Shown piece by piece: positions 12,898-26,684 of a stretch of 64,000 bases of DNA. Every line of letters begins with the position of its first letter. Positions within the stretch are counted from its first letter, which is position 1. Source of the stretch: Rhina ancylostomus (lineage: Eukaryota); the NCBI GenBank assembly GCA_030265395.1, contig JARFYF010000054.1, positions 11,458,795 to 11,522,794 of the forward strand. Direction: 5' to 3'. A program made the position numbers and the translations under genes. The notes beneath the pieces were generated by a model. It saw only the letters and a list, made by a program, of their open reading frames with translations, was not told the DNA's origin and did not search any database.

Positions 12898-15884
12898 ACC
12901 AAGTGACTGTCATCCAAAATATGCACAGAATATTTACAAAGTTTTTATCTTAAAAAAATTGTTCACAAACTTAATCTCACTTTGAATTTGTCTTTGGGAA
13001 CTGGATACCAGAGAGCTATGAACAAGTTAAAAAGTTCCATTCAGAAATATGTAAAGGCACATGTGAAATCAGTATCACATTGTTGTACAAGGAAATAATC
13101 ATTAGTGTAATGTGCCAGGTTCCAGCAGGGGACTATGAAACATTAATCGTAATGATCAATACATTTTACTATTTATAAGCTATAAAACAGTTGGCTCAGA
13201 TACAGATATATAGCATTTTATTCTTTTAAAATTAACCCTGCAGTAATGAAGCATGAGCAATGTTATATTTAAAATAAAGGAAAGTGGAAATGTAATTTGT
13301 CAAGTAAGACAAACACAATCGATAATTTATAGAAGGAGTTAGAGCAATATTTATTTACAAAACATGGGTTGTGTATTTGCGAGCACAAAACCCGTCAAGC
13401 AAAGATCTTGAACTAGGTTATGCATTCTGTTTTCTATGGGGAAGGGAGGTGTGAAGAGCAAGTAGTGAGATAGGGAAAAGGAGAGATGCTAAGCAAAGGC
13501 CAAATAGTTTCCCATTAGGGCAAAATAATGATGAAGATAAGTCATCCCTTTCCCACACATCCAAAGGGTAAATACAAGTAGTCCTGGAGCTCATCCAGTT
13601 GGCCAACTCGGAACCATACTGAAGTGGCAATGGAAAAGGAGTTCAAAATTAATTGGATATATTCAAAAGTCTTGCAAGAACAACCAACAGTAGTTACTTA
13701 TAAGGAGTGGGGCAGGGGGTAGAAAATAGTTATACTACTATTTTTCCCTCCTGTGGTAATCTCATTTATCCTCCATATTGAATTTATTCGGCATCTCAAA
13801 AAAGAACCAGCAAAGGTATGAAACACCCAAAAGTTTGAGAGTGAAAGCAGCTGTTGACTTCAAAGGAGTTCCAATGGCAAGAAAACAGCTGAACTTATTT
13901 TCAGATTCACCAGACCTCCTATGGTGCTGTCCATGAAAGGTCAAAGCAAATTTTCCTCAGTGTAATAGTGGAGTTGTGAACATAAAAACAAGACTTTGCA
14001 TCTTTTTGGCTTACAGAAGTCCACCTAAAGGCAAAAGTACAAAGCTTATATGTTGTCTTACAGAATGACGATGTCCAAGTAAGGATCATTAAATAAGGCA
14101 TATATTTATACTATATTGAAGTTTACCACATGCACACACTTATCAACTTCTTCTCATAACAAATGCCTTTGGGTACATTTATAAAACACTTGTGACACCA
14201 TAATTACGATTGTATCAGTTGGGCATGCAGCATAACAATTTATAATGGTAATATAAAAAGGATATAATAAATGACTTTAAAATGGTTATTGAATTACAGC
14301 TGTGAACCATGGTCCAATTACCCATGCATTAACTGCTTCACCTGCAAACTCAGAGGAGATTTCATTTAAATAGTTGGGTAAAATTGAAACATGAAGAATT
14401 AGGCAGATTTGTACCTATCATTAAAATTAATAGTGGCTAAAAAATATCTTCTTCAGATTAATCAAATAAAATTCACATTTAGGAATTCATGAAATGGGCC
14501 AGGGAGCCACCCAACTGAAATCTCAGGGAAAGCCAAAGTTTATGCCAAATTATTACATTCCACTGAAATGCGCCCCATTATCAGGCAGTATGTTGCAGGA
14601 ACCCTGCCAGCTACAACCCCTCAACTTTTCTGCAAGTCCACTCCCTCCCCTTCATGAAAGACCACAGGCAACCCAACAGCCTTGCAAACAAAGCTCGCAG
14701 GTTCGAGTCCCAAGACTGCCTGTCACTCCAACTCACTTGCCTCAAGCTTGGTAAGTTTTGTCAGTTCTCAACTGGGCTGCTAGATGAAGCGCCACGCAGT
14801 ACCAATGCATTCCATGTCAGGTGGGGTGAGGTGGCAGGAAAGCAGGCAGAATCCAACTCGCCCCATTTCAATTGCGCTTCCTGCTGGCCAATTGTGGAGT
14901 GGCATTGACAGTAGCTGTAGTGAAGTCCTCCCCTGAAGGGAGATGCGAGGGAAAAAGTGGCATCCATGGGAGGAAAATCTAAATTAAAAAAGCAAACTCA
15001 GGCAATTGAAACTATTAAAGTTTGTCATAACACTAACAAAAATAATAAGCAGTGTCAAGTTTTCGTTTCTAATGTTTCTAACTTGGGTTAGTGGATTGAA
15101 AATGGAAATTTAGAACTAAAGTTTCAAGATTTACTGGACAGTATTTTAGGAGACGTACATGAAATAAAATGTGGCAACCGCAAAACACAGCGATCCTTAA
15201 CTTATAGTAAAGTCTTCCATGCAATACAGTAGTTACCAGGTAGAAAACTGGATATTAAAAAGCATACATGGAAAAATATAAATAGGCATTAGTATACAAT
15301 ATATTCAAAGCTACCAGGACAATGCTCTCACTCCCAGATCACTTTTAAAGCCTTGTATTAAAAAATCAGCCGTGTACCCAAAGTTGTTAACACTTAAGTT
15401 TAAAATCAGTCGATGAGCATCAATATATGGTGTACTGAATAAATTTGTAAAGCTGCAGTTATTCAAGCCAGTATTTCAGCTTTTATCGCTAGAGGCCTTG
15501 AGAATTAGCCGTTGATGGCAGAGAACTGACAGTTTGAGCAGATTCTAACATCATCCTTTCAACCAGTTACAAAAAAGCAGCTTGGTTTCAATAAAATTGT
15601 GATGTTTAAAGATGACTGGTTCTGCTGCTTGTTACCTGCAGACTTGATCTAGTGTACAACTAACTGCCAGCATCATGATCTACAGTTACGAACATACTTT
15701 AACTGCATAACTTTGCTTCCTTTGAATCAAAGACTTCAACCTTCTACAGGTGGACAACTCGATGTTGAGGTATGATTTATTGCCTGAAAGAGCAACAACT
15801 GAAAAGTTCCACTGAAATTATCATTGACATTTTCCCAAAGTCAGATACATGTGGTATTTCAAATGCTTCCTCACCCTAATGTCA

Positions 15885-16110
15885 GAGAACACAAGAACAC
15901 CAGGAAACAGGAAGCATAGACCACCTGGCCCTTCAAGCCTGCCCTGTCATTCCATATGATCATGGTTGATATGCCCCAGGCATCATCTCTTCTTCTGTGC
16001 CAGTTCCCCATATCCCTTAATTCCCTGATCATTCAAAACTTTACCTTACCTCCTCTCTAAATGCTTCCAATCATCCAGCCTCCACAATCCTCTGGGTCTA
16101 GAATTCATAG
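15885..16110 (-). mobile_element. CR1 LINE 3' end
   Basis: agaacacaagaac...ggcccttcaagcctgccctgtcattc is the reverse complement of a CR1 tail. Confidence 0.7.
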
Positions 16111-17520
16111 AGCACCCACTGAACAAAAATGGCAACTTGTTACAAGCTGCAAGAGGTTTGCCACTAAGGGCTTAAATCCAAAGGAATAAGGCTGCCCCAT
16201 TTCATTTCATGTAGATCCCTTATGATTAAGGGCAGAAAGTATTCAGATTGGAATTTATACTCAGTTCCAGAGGAACAAGTGTAATGTGGAAATATGACAA
16301 ATCATCCAGTCTTATANNNNNNNNNGATTCAAAATAAAAATTTCTCCACACATTTCAAACACCATGTTGTAAGTACATGATTCAACTCAGTCTTCCTGCT
16401 ACTCAATCAACAGTCATTAAATAAAAGACAACTGTTAAGTAGTACTCCTCCAGCACATGAAAAGCTTGTCCTCAACTCAGCAGTTCATAATGAAAGGATA
16501 GCTGACTCTGACGCTACATAGGGGAATTCTGAGTTAAACTAATCACTCTATAATACTTTATTATAGAATGTGAATGTAGTTCACCAGAGCACTACTGGGT
16601 GAACACAATATAGCAACCAGACAGGTGTCTATAGTAAAACCAATGTAATATCCCATGCGTTCTAAAGATTAAGTTTAGTTATTAAATTAAGAATACAAGG
16701 ATTCACAATATAGCTGTAAAAACATCAAAACTCCCAAGTTTTATGTAAATACAACAAATTTTAATTGTATACAAATCACTTAATAAATTGTAAAGTGTCA
16801 TTGTTATGATTTGATTTGCAAATATCAAGGATAAAGCTTTGGGTTTTTTTTGCAAAGGAAACCAGAGCTCTCTAAATTACAACAGAGAAGGTTACCAGAA
16901 TTCAGAATTATGTATACCTTTTATAAGGGAAAAGATAAATAATTTCCATTTGTTAACCAGTCAATTATCCTGCAGGCACAGATTTAAGATTGCTGCCTAA
17001 ACAATTCAAGAAGGGATTGAAATTAGTTTAATGAGAGGAATTTTAGGGCATAAAACTAGTGAAAATAGAACTCACAATAGCTTTTAAGGGTAGTAAATAA
17101 AAAAAACATTAACAAAGCAGGTGAAGGAGTCTTAATGATTATCTGCAATACAGGTCCAACATGCACAATGAACTGAATGTATTTCTGAACTCAGTATTAC
17201 AAGATTCCATCATTCTATGGAATAATATTTATCAAGGCCCAGCTGGAAAAGCTATTGGGAGTATTAAGTGACAAAATGTTGCATTGTTGAAGTGTGAAGG
17301 GTGTGTTGGGGAAGAATCAACATCAGCCGGGTTTCTGGTAAGTAGTCATTACTTAGTCACACTGAAAAAGTTTTGATGAGTGGAGTAACCTATCAACACC
17401 CAGCCTCACAGACTAAAAACTGCCACTTGTAAAAGAAACTAGACATTGAACAATATTGTGGAAGTGTATAATTGGATGAATCTACACTTCAATTTTTGCC
17501 CAAGTTGTACAGGCATTTTT

Positions 17521-17568
17521 ACCAATCACTTCTGGGATCCAACAACCAATCACTTCTGGGATCCAACA
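17521..17568. repeat. Perfect 24-bp tandem duplication
   Basis: accaatcacttctgggatccaaca x2. Confidence 0.92.
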
Positions 17569-18384
17569 GAGCACTTTCAATCAAACAAAGGTGCAGATTA
17601 AATGGGTAAAGAAAGCAACCACGATTAGAATATGTGAAGCACTCAATCAAGGAAACAAGTAAGGGAACGAGACTGATGGCAATGTTCTGAGTGTTAACAC
17701 ATGACTCAATGGGCCAAATGGCCTCCTCCTACAGCATAACGAAACATGGTACAATTAAATTTGCTGAATGGACTTCAAGATTTATTGAACAAAAGCCATA
17801 GACAAAGTAACTTCCATCAACTACAAATGGGAATCATTTATCTGCAGATTTTTATTGCAGTCCTTTGCTTCTGACTTTCCCATTTTCCCTCAAGGGCATT
17901 TTTCAGAACAGTACTTTGCTCAAGTGGCTGTACTTTGTGTGTCAATGTAGAGTGTTACTGGGCTCTTCACCGATACAGATAAAACACCCATCCAGTNNNN
18001 NNNNNNNNNNNNNNNNNNNNNNNNNNNNNNNNNNNNNNNNNNNNNNNNNNNNNNNNNNNNNNNNNNNNNNNNNNNNNNNNNNNNNNNNNNNNNNNNATCC
18101 AGTCCCGATATCCACTAATGACAGATGCCTCAGAAATACTTCAGTCACCTCCCCCCACCCACTCCCCAAAAAGGATTTCTAAGAGATTTTCTATAATGAA
18201 TTTTATCAGGGACCACTGCACTTTAATCCAAAAATACAACTGTTAATTAAAAGTTGAAAGATAACAATTGCAAAATTAAAGATCACCTCGTCAAGATGAT
18301 TACGACCAAGCTCCCAGGATAAAAGAGCATTTATATACCATGATATTACATCTCTTAGAATTTACCAAAGCACTTCAAAAACAA

Positions 18385-20085
18385 GGGAAAAGGCTAACAA
18401 TGTTGCCAAGAAGAGCAATAAGCCTAAGGATTAGGAACATTTCTTTCCGATAAAAAAAAGTAATGAGAGTAATCAAGCAAGGAACATTAGAGTAGACTGT
18501 GGGTACACAAAAATGATCAACAAAAGCTAGGTGGGACCTTTACATACCAATGCAAGAGAAATTACAATGGGAAAATGGAAAAGAAACTAAGTAATTTTTG
18601 GTTCATCTTCATGGACGAATATACAGAAAATTTCTCAGAAAAAAAGAGATCCAGAGTGAATGAACTGAATAAAATTAGCATGAAAATGATAGGGCTAAAA
18701 GTTGGAAAATCCCTAGCACCTGATGATCTACATCACAAGATTTTGTAAGAGGTGCCTATGGAGATGATGGCCGTCTTTGTTTCGAATTCAATAGATTGTA
18801 AAATGAGTTTCGCAAATGCAGAGGCAGCAAATGTAAATTCCACTATTTGCAGAAGGGAGAAAATGGGAAACTACCCTATCAAGTTTCATAAAAATTCTAT
18901 ATATTTCTTTGAGATCACCTCTCATTCTTCTAGACTGTAGTATAGGCCCAGTTTCTCAGATATCACCAGGAAAAATGCTTCAATTATCAAGGACATGGGA
19001 GCAGGAAACTTAAAAGATAGCAAACGGGCACAGCCGACAGAGTAAATCATCTTTGACAAGTCAGCATTTTTTTTTGAGGGGAGGAACCAGTGGACGTCGT
19101 AAATTTGGACCTTTAAAACATCTTCAGTGAGGCACCACATAAAAGGTTATTAAACAAAATTACAGCATATAGGATTACGATTAAATTACCAGGCATACTA
19201 AGGATTGGTTAACAACGAATCAATAAATGGCTCATTTCCTGGTTGGGAGACAGTGAATTGAGGGGTGCCACAGGTATATATGCTGGAGGCCCAAATGTTA
19301 ACAGGTTATAGTAATGATTTGGATGACAAGTATATCGCAAAAAACAAACTGCTAGAGGAACTCAGCGGGCAGGCAGGATCTGTGGAGACAGAGGAATAGT
19401 CAACATTGCAGGTCGCATCAGGAGAACATCGACTATCCCTTCACCTCCACAGATACTGCCTGACCCACTGAGTTCCTCCGGCAGTTTGCTTTTAANNNNN
19501 NNNNNCTCCAGATTACATCTGCAGTCTCTTGCATCTCCACAGATATATCAAGTTAGCTGATGATACAAAGTTATTGGGGGTTGTAAGGAGCTCTCAGGGA
19601 GATATCAACAGGCTATGTGAATGAGCAAGGCCACAGCAGATGAAATATAATGTAAAAATGCAAGGTCATCCATTTTTGTAGAAAAACAAATGGTGAAAGA
19701 TTGAAAGGTGTTTGTGTTTAAAGGCATCTGAGTACACTTGCACATGAGTCACTGAGTTAACAAATATGCAAGCAATTAGAAAAGCAAATAGCATACAGGT
19801 CTTTTTTGCAAGAGAATTTGAGTACAAAAGCAAAACTGTTTCACTGCAATGTACGTAGGGCCCTGAATATTGTGTGCAACTCTGCTCTTCCGACCCAAGA
19901 AAGCTGCAATGGTGACAAAGGGAGTGCAACAAGGGCTCACCAGAATGATTCCCGGGAAGGGAGCATGTACTGAGGAAAGAAAAAGCAAACTTGGCCTATA
20001 CTCTCTTGAATTTAGAAGAGTGAGAGATGATCTCATTGAAATAAAGAATTCTTATGGATTTGACAGGGGGATGCAGGGAGGTGAG
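18385..20085 (+). mobile_element. Degraded CR1 LINE ORF2 fragment interrupted by a hairpin element
   Basis: RT remnants ggggtgccacagg (GVPQG), gctgatgatacaaag (ADDTK) and KLGLYSLEFRRVRDDLIE. Confidence 0.82.
19338..19540. mobile_element. Penelope-derived non-autonomous hairpin element
   Basis: Inverted arms gaggaactcagcgggcaggcaggatctgtggag / ctccacagatactgcctgacccactgagttcctc, inserted in the CR1 RT region. Confidence 0.75.
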
Positions 20086-20089
20086 GTAA

Positions 20090-21378
20090 GAGTGATTCCC
20101 CTTAACATCCAGGCAGCATTTAAATGAGTGTGGCATCAAGGAGTCCTGTAAAACTGACATCATTGGACATCAATAGCTTAACAGTCCCATGGTTGGCGTC
20201 ACAACTTGCAGAAAGGAATATGGCTGTTGTTCTTGGAGGACAATCATCCCAGCGCCAAGACATCATAGCAGGAGGTCCTCAGGACACTGTCTTAGGTCCA
20301 ACCAACTTCAGCTGGTTTAATGACTTTCCTTCCATCAGAACGTCAGAAGTGAGTATGTTCACTGATGATTGCAATGTCCATTTCCATTTGCAAATGCTGA
20401 GAAAGAGCAATCCAGCCAACATGCAACAAGACCAGACAATATTTAGGCTTGTGCTAATTAGTTGCAAGTAATATTGATGCTGAAGTATCAGGCAACGACC
20501 ATCTCCAACAGGAGAGTCTAACCATCTACCCTTGACTATCACCAGATCAGCTACCACCAACATCATGGGGGAGATGGGGTGGTTACCCCTGACCAGCCAT
20601 ATAAATATTGGGCTACAAGAACAGGTCAGAGACTGTGTGTCCTGTGTCGAATCACCCACTTCCTGATACCCGATAGCCTTTCCATCATCTGCAAGACAAG
20701 CTTGGAGTGTGATGGAATACCTTACACTTGCTTGGATGTACGGAGCTCCATAATGCAAGAAGCTTGGCGNNNNNNNNNNNNNNNNNNNNNNNNNNNNNNN
20801 NNNNNNNNNNNNNNNNNNNNNNNNNNNNNNNNNNNNNNNNNNNNNNNNNNNNNNNNNNNNNNNNNNNNNCCACTACAGAGTGGCTGAGGTATGTGCCATC
20901 AACAAAATGCAATGCAGCTAACTAGGGTACTGCAAATCTGCAACCTCTACTGCCAAGAAGGACAAAAGCTTTGTGGACATTGGAAACTTTCACCTGTAGA
21001 TTCCCCTCCAAGACACACACCATGCTGAGTTGGAAATATATCACCATCGTTTTGTCATTCACTGGGTTTAAATAGCACCACAGAATCATGCAGCACATAC
21101 ACAGGCCCTTCAGCCCATCATGTCCATGCTGACCATTAAGCACTCATCTATACCAATTCAATTTACCAGCATTTGCTCTGTAGTCTTCTAATCCTTGCAA
21201 TTCAGGTGATCTACCTACTTAATTGTGGAACTCCCAACGCAACAACATTGTGGGACTACCTTCACCAGAAGGACTGCAGTGGTTCACAACCATGATTCAC
21301 CACCACTGTCTTTTCAAGGACAATTAAATGGGCAATAAATGCTGGCCTTGCCAGCAACATCCAGTTAGCAAAAATTAA
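20090..21378 (+). mobile_element. Second CR1/L2-group LINE family, RT and 3' tail; small antisense CR1 end nested at ~21080-21220
   Basis: GGPQDTVLGPTNFSWFNDFPS...MFTDDC is a decayed GVPQGSVLGP...FADD; tail gggcaataaatgctggccttgccagc. Confidence 0.8.
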
Positions 21379-22066
21379 TTTGAAAACCACAGGCAGTACT
21401 TCTTGGTGGAATTTAGAATAGCAATGGTAATTTAAATAAGCAGTAATATTTCTATAAACTCAATATAAGACACAAAAGGAATTAACACTTTGTATTGTCA
21501 ATCCCTCATCATGAATATTTCATGCAACAGCTAACTACTGCAATTAAAGGCAAAATTGTATGTTATTTTAAATGCAAGACTGTAAAGAGTTAATATAAAA
21601 TCTGAGATACTGGGTACTCAATTCCCTACTAAAATACCTATGGCAATTCCAAAATCACTGTTCCATTTAAACTGGAGGGATAGTTCCACAATTTATGCAA
21701 GGCTCTCAAAAGAAAAGATGGAAAATATGTGATATGAAATAATTTTTGCAACCAATCTTTTAACCAGAGCCAAAAATACTGAGGCAACAGAAAGCATAAA
21801 CAGCTTGAATTAAACACGATTAGGTGAAATTGACTTTAAAAAAAAATGTTGCTCTCTGGTCCCAGGTGAATAAATACTGAGTGATCCAATCACACTAAAA
21901 AGAAATTTTTCCTCTTTTAGCAAAGGGTTGACGTAAGACTGCAATCTTCAGGATTACCCCCACTCCCAACCACCACCTCTCAAGAATCCCAAAGGGCTGA
22001 CTTTGGTTACAAAATGACCTGGTAGGAGTGGAGCTTTCTCCAGGTGACATTTATGGAGATGCTTGC

Positions 22067-22261
22067 CTTTTAAAGCCACTGCTGCCACAGAGGAGGCACT
22101 GGAAGTTGGGGTCTCTCCCATGTGACTTTTCTTGTGGCCAATCAGGTGATTGTGGGACTGACACTGCAGGCCACACTGCTCGCACACAAATCTTTGAGAC
22201 TTGTAATGGACACCATGGTGATTTCGAGCATGGACCCGAAGGTAGGCAGCCGTGGTGAAAC
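22067..22261 (-). CDS. Optional exon 5 completing ZF7 and adding ZF8 (like the extra exon of MAZ isoform SAF-2); 3' boundary uncertain
   Basis: Acceptor ctttgtgtag|G, in phase with exon 4: GFTTAAYLRVHARNHH-GVHYKSQRFV-CEQCGLQCQSHNHLIGHKKSH-MGETPTSS. It ends either at a GC donor AAG|GCAAGC (22067; 195 nt, frame-preserving) or reads on to TAA at 21954-21956. Confidence 0.85.
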
Positions 22262-24282
22262 CTACACAAAGATAGGGATTTCAGGTGATAAAAACTAAAC
22301 ACAAACAGCTTCACATCCACAACTTCAGGGGCATTTAAAAGCCTTATTTCAAAAGAAGTTCATAAAGTTAAACACGTTAACACATTTTATCACAAAACAT
22401 CAAGATTACATTAATGAAAATTATATTGTATTTTAACTGGATACAAATTTCCCTGAGAATTCTTATACAACTGCAGCATGCAGTCATTCTGATTTACTGT
22501 GCTAAAAATGTTCTTCAGTAAATTGTTATCTCACTGCACAAAAACACACAATATGTCACAATTATTGTTCTGCTGTGAAACTGTCTGTAGGTAAGAAAGA
22601 GAACCTAAGTCTTTAAAATAATGAAGCAACAATTACATTCTGCAGAAGATTTGGGAACTCTGACTTCAGGAAAAGGAGCTGGAGAGGAAAACGGCCGTCT
22701 CGCTTTATCAAATATAGTGGGGAAGTTGCAAATATTTTTGATATCATACTAGAGTCAGGAATTGTGTCCTTGGATTGAAAACTTCCTCTGTTATTTGAGA
22801 CGAAAAGTTAAGATGAGTTGAGGAAACTATAAAACAATCTAACTTTAGTTTTAGGAAGCTGTTGCAATATGTTATTGGGAAAATAACTGAGCACTTATGC
22901 TAATGTGGACTGATCAGAAAGTTAGTACAAGGAGGAAATGGCTTTATGGATGTCACCAGCCTTCTCCACATGCTCATTCTTTGGGTGCAGACAAGCGAAT
23001 ATGGATAGGCCATTGAAAAGAGATGAGCCTTCATCTGACGTTCACATATCGCACTTCTCACCAGAGGGTACTAAATTGGAAATGGCAGCGCAAATCATGG
23101 CCGATACATTTTTCATCTGTTCCCTAGTTTTATGCATCTGAAGGGCCTAACAAACATCCGACCTAAGACTAATTACTTCAGTAATGAGCAGGGGAAAAGA
23201 CAGTACATTCTTCAGCAATGTAACTTCAGGAAGAACACTTGTATACTGGCCCACAATGAGAGCTGCAAACATTCTAATCCCATGAGGGAACAAGATGACA
23301 CTCCACTTGGAGGAGCAACCTTTGTACAGGATTTTACTGCTCAATGAATTTATTATACAAGGAAATCAAACAGCAGGGTATTGTTTTAGGAGAACTGACT
23401 GAAAAAAATTATTTTCTCTTTGTGAAATATTTATCATCACTTATCTTTTATAATATGGAAAAGGACACATTGGTGTGGATTTCTGTAAACTAAAACTTTT
23501 AATTGGATTGCAATTGGATTGGCAAGAACATAATTCATATGGTGCAATATCAGAGTGTTTCTTCTCAAAAAAAGTGACAAATAGTCTGACCAGCAAAATA
23601 TTTAGGGTTTAATTGAGGAACATCAATGGAACTCCAACCTGGAACTTTCATATGAACACCTAAGGACTCTACTGCTTAAATGTATAATAAAATTCTCTGG
23701 GGATGGGCTGGGAGTTTTTTTGATGTATATAACATGCCTAGTTACACTGTAATTAGGTAAGAAAAATACCGCATCGCCACTGTTCAAACTTGCTCTCATT
23801 GCATTCCAATTTACCAACACCTGACTTGAGGATGACAAGGAACTGGTACAGGGCAGCACCCGATTATTTATGCCAACAGGTGGCAATATTAGAAGAATTT
23901 TGACTTCCTAAATTACACTTCAAGCACAGTCTAAAAGCACTCAGTTGGCATGATGATTGTTGACTAAAAGTTCTCCAGTTAAAATAGCAACCAATTTTCT
24001 CAACAAACACCTACAATAAAGGCAATTTTTTTTCAGTTGATTTCACAAAAATAAAATGTTGGGCTAAAGCTTTCCCAGTTTACATTATTAGAGTTCGAGC
24101 TTGTAATTTGGGACTTACCGAGAAAATTGTGATAAGAATACACCTTTTACTATAACACCTTCATCAAGAGGTGCAGAAATCTTTTGTTCAACTCCACAAA
24201 CTGGGAACAATAACTTTTAACACTACCTAAGGAATGACCTCTAAAATATTTTCATAAAGCCTTTTCCCACATTTATTAATAT

Positions 24283-24465
24283 GAAGACAAAAATGCTGGA
24301 ACAAATTGGCCAGCCAAACAGCAGCTGTGGAAAGAGAAACTAGCTAATGCTTCATTGACCCGAAATGTTATCTGGTTTCTTTCCACAGATGCTGCTTGAC
24401 TGACTGAGTTGTTCTAGCATTTCTTATTTTTGTTTCAGATTCTGGAATCTGCAATGTTTTTGTTT
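24283..24465. mobile_element. Penelope-derived hairpin element
   Basis: aaatgctggaac...ctgtggaaagagaaac / gtttctttccacagatgctg...ttctagcattt inverted arms. Confidence 0.7.
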
Positions 24466-24508
24466 TCCTTTTAAAAGGTATCTAGGAATTCTACCAAAAA
24501 TGCCATAC

Positions 24509-24680
24509 CTTTGTTACAGACATTGCAGTTGTGATTTTGATTGTGATTATGCATTTTGATGTGGTTGGAGATGTAAGCTGCACTCAGCAGTTTGCCACAG
24601 ATGTGGCAGGATACCTTTCCTTCGTGGCGTATCATGTGTGAACGCAGGCGATCTTTGGTGGCAAAAGCTGCATCACATGT
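24509..24680 (-). CDS. vezf1: Coding exon 4 (172 nt): ZF5, ZF6 and the CxxC half of a seventh finger
   Basis: Acceptor tcctcatag|, donor AAG|GTATGG. Translates TCDAAFATKDRLRSHMIRHEGKVSCHICGKLLSAAYISNHIKMHNHNQNHNCNVCNK. Confidence 0.95.
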
Positions 24681-26684
24681 CTATGAGGACACAAGACAGC
24701 CATTAATGACTTAGTTTGTTTTACTAAATGTATTATACAAATCATGTTATCAAATTCACTTTGACAATGATACCATTAAGTAATTCAATCATTTTAGAAA
24801 TGCAATTCTATATATTAAACACAAAATTTATTTCCAGGACCGTCAATGTANNNNNNNNNNNNNNNNNNNNNNNNNNNNNNNNNNNNNACAAACACACAGC
24901 TCTTCTAGTTTCATGCTTGCACTTGTCTGCAGGACTAGTTGCTAACCTCGGTTGCACCAGCTTCAGACGAATCTGAGCAGATGTTGAATAAACAGGAATA
25001 TTTTTTCTTATCATGAGAGCAACATGACTGGTTACAATGAAACTGACAGAACCCCAGTAGCTGGACCCTGTTGGAAAATGGCAGTTAGCTCAAATGTGAA
25101 AGGATATGAAACCCTTGTGCATTTGCTGACATAAAAAAAACAAAAGCTCTTATTTCATCACTATGAGAAGTATGGTAGAACTGAAAGTTTTTTTTAAAAT
25201 ATAAACTCCACCCATGGTTGAAAATATTTAACGGTATTAAGGAATTGGTTGTTGAGTGATTTTTGATGATCAATACTATTTTCTATTAAAGGGTTCAGTA
25301 TATTCAGTTCTGGCGTTCAGGTGACGTCAGATATAGAACAGTCAAACAAGTGGCATTTCAGTACACGTACAGGAATGTGGTACTCACCCCCTCACTTCTA
25401 TTCAATTACGTCACGACTTACCTGTTTGATAACACCACTTGCTCACCTTAGTTCTGATACTTCAACCAACAAATCCCAAATCCTAATTTAGAATCTTTCA
25501 GTCAATCGAATCTAAACAATTTTTATTTTGTGTGCGTGGGGTATAGGGGCAGGGTTGGGGGAGGGGCTGTAAACATTCTAATATTGAGTTAAGTAGGAAT
25601 TCTGATATCACTCCTGATGATACAAACCCTTGTTTTAGTCAATCACAGGGATAAATTATCATTTCCGTTTGTGATAGCAAGTAGGGAGACTTTAGTATTA
25701 GGTCCAGGATATCCTACAATAGAAATATTCTTCACATCAATCATTCGTGTGGAGCTCGAAGGTGCCAAATAGGGTGGAGAAATAAAATAAACAGTAGATA
25801 TATTCTAATAAGGCACTTGTCTGTAAAGGTTTTGTTTAAAGATCTCTAGTTCTGGATACCATTCCCTCTAGCACACTTATTTCTCCTTTATCCAATATTG
25901 TTTCATGAAGTATATTCACAATTACTCGAATTTCCACACCCCACTCAAAAAAGAAAACCTTCTAGTCTTTAAAATCAGTGGGAATGTAATTCTCATATTT
26001 ATCTACCAGTTCAAGAAACATTCCCAGTAATCTATTTTCCCTCAATTTCATGGCACATACTTGCTTAAATCTCAGTTTTTAAAATCTTCTTCCATTGCAC
26101 AGCATTAACTTTGAAGAATCTTGGAAGAGCAATACTCACAAAACCCATTTAAAGATGTTCATTTCTATAATACTTTTCCCCAAACCATGAGAATATCAAT
26201 TAAACACCACAAAGCAAATCAAGCAATTGTGATCCCCAGTGAGCAACAGGTGGACACTAGAGCACTTGGCTTGCAACTGGAAGCCCTCAATCAATATTCC
26301 CACTTTACAGTTGTTACATCAGTCTTCCCAAAGAAGGGGAGGGGTGAAGTAAGGGCAGGTTGTGGGGGAGGGGGAGTGGGGAAGACAAGACAGGAAATGG
26401 AGTTGGGCAAAGTTGGGATGGCAACCCTTCCCCGCATCCCTCAAATGAGCTAGCAAGTAACCCAAGGAGTTGCCCTGGTAGCACTTGGTAATGGACCACT
26501 TCTTCACCTTCTTCCCATGGGGATCGCAAAGATGTGCAGCAAGAAAATGATAAAATACACTTTGAGTTAAAGAACAGTTTTGGAACTTTTGACAACCTTT
26601 TGAAATTGACAATCTTTGAACATTTCTTTATCCATTTGGACAACACCTCTTAACTGGCTTTAAAACAGAAAAATAGGAAGTTAC

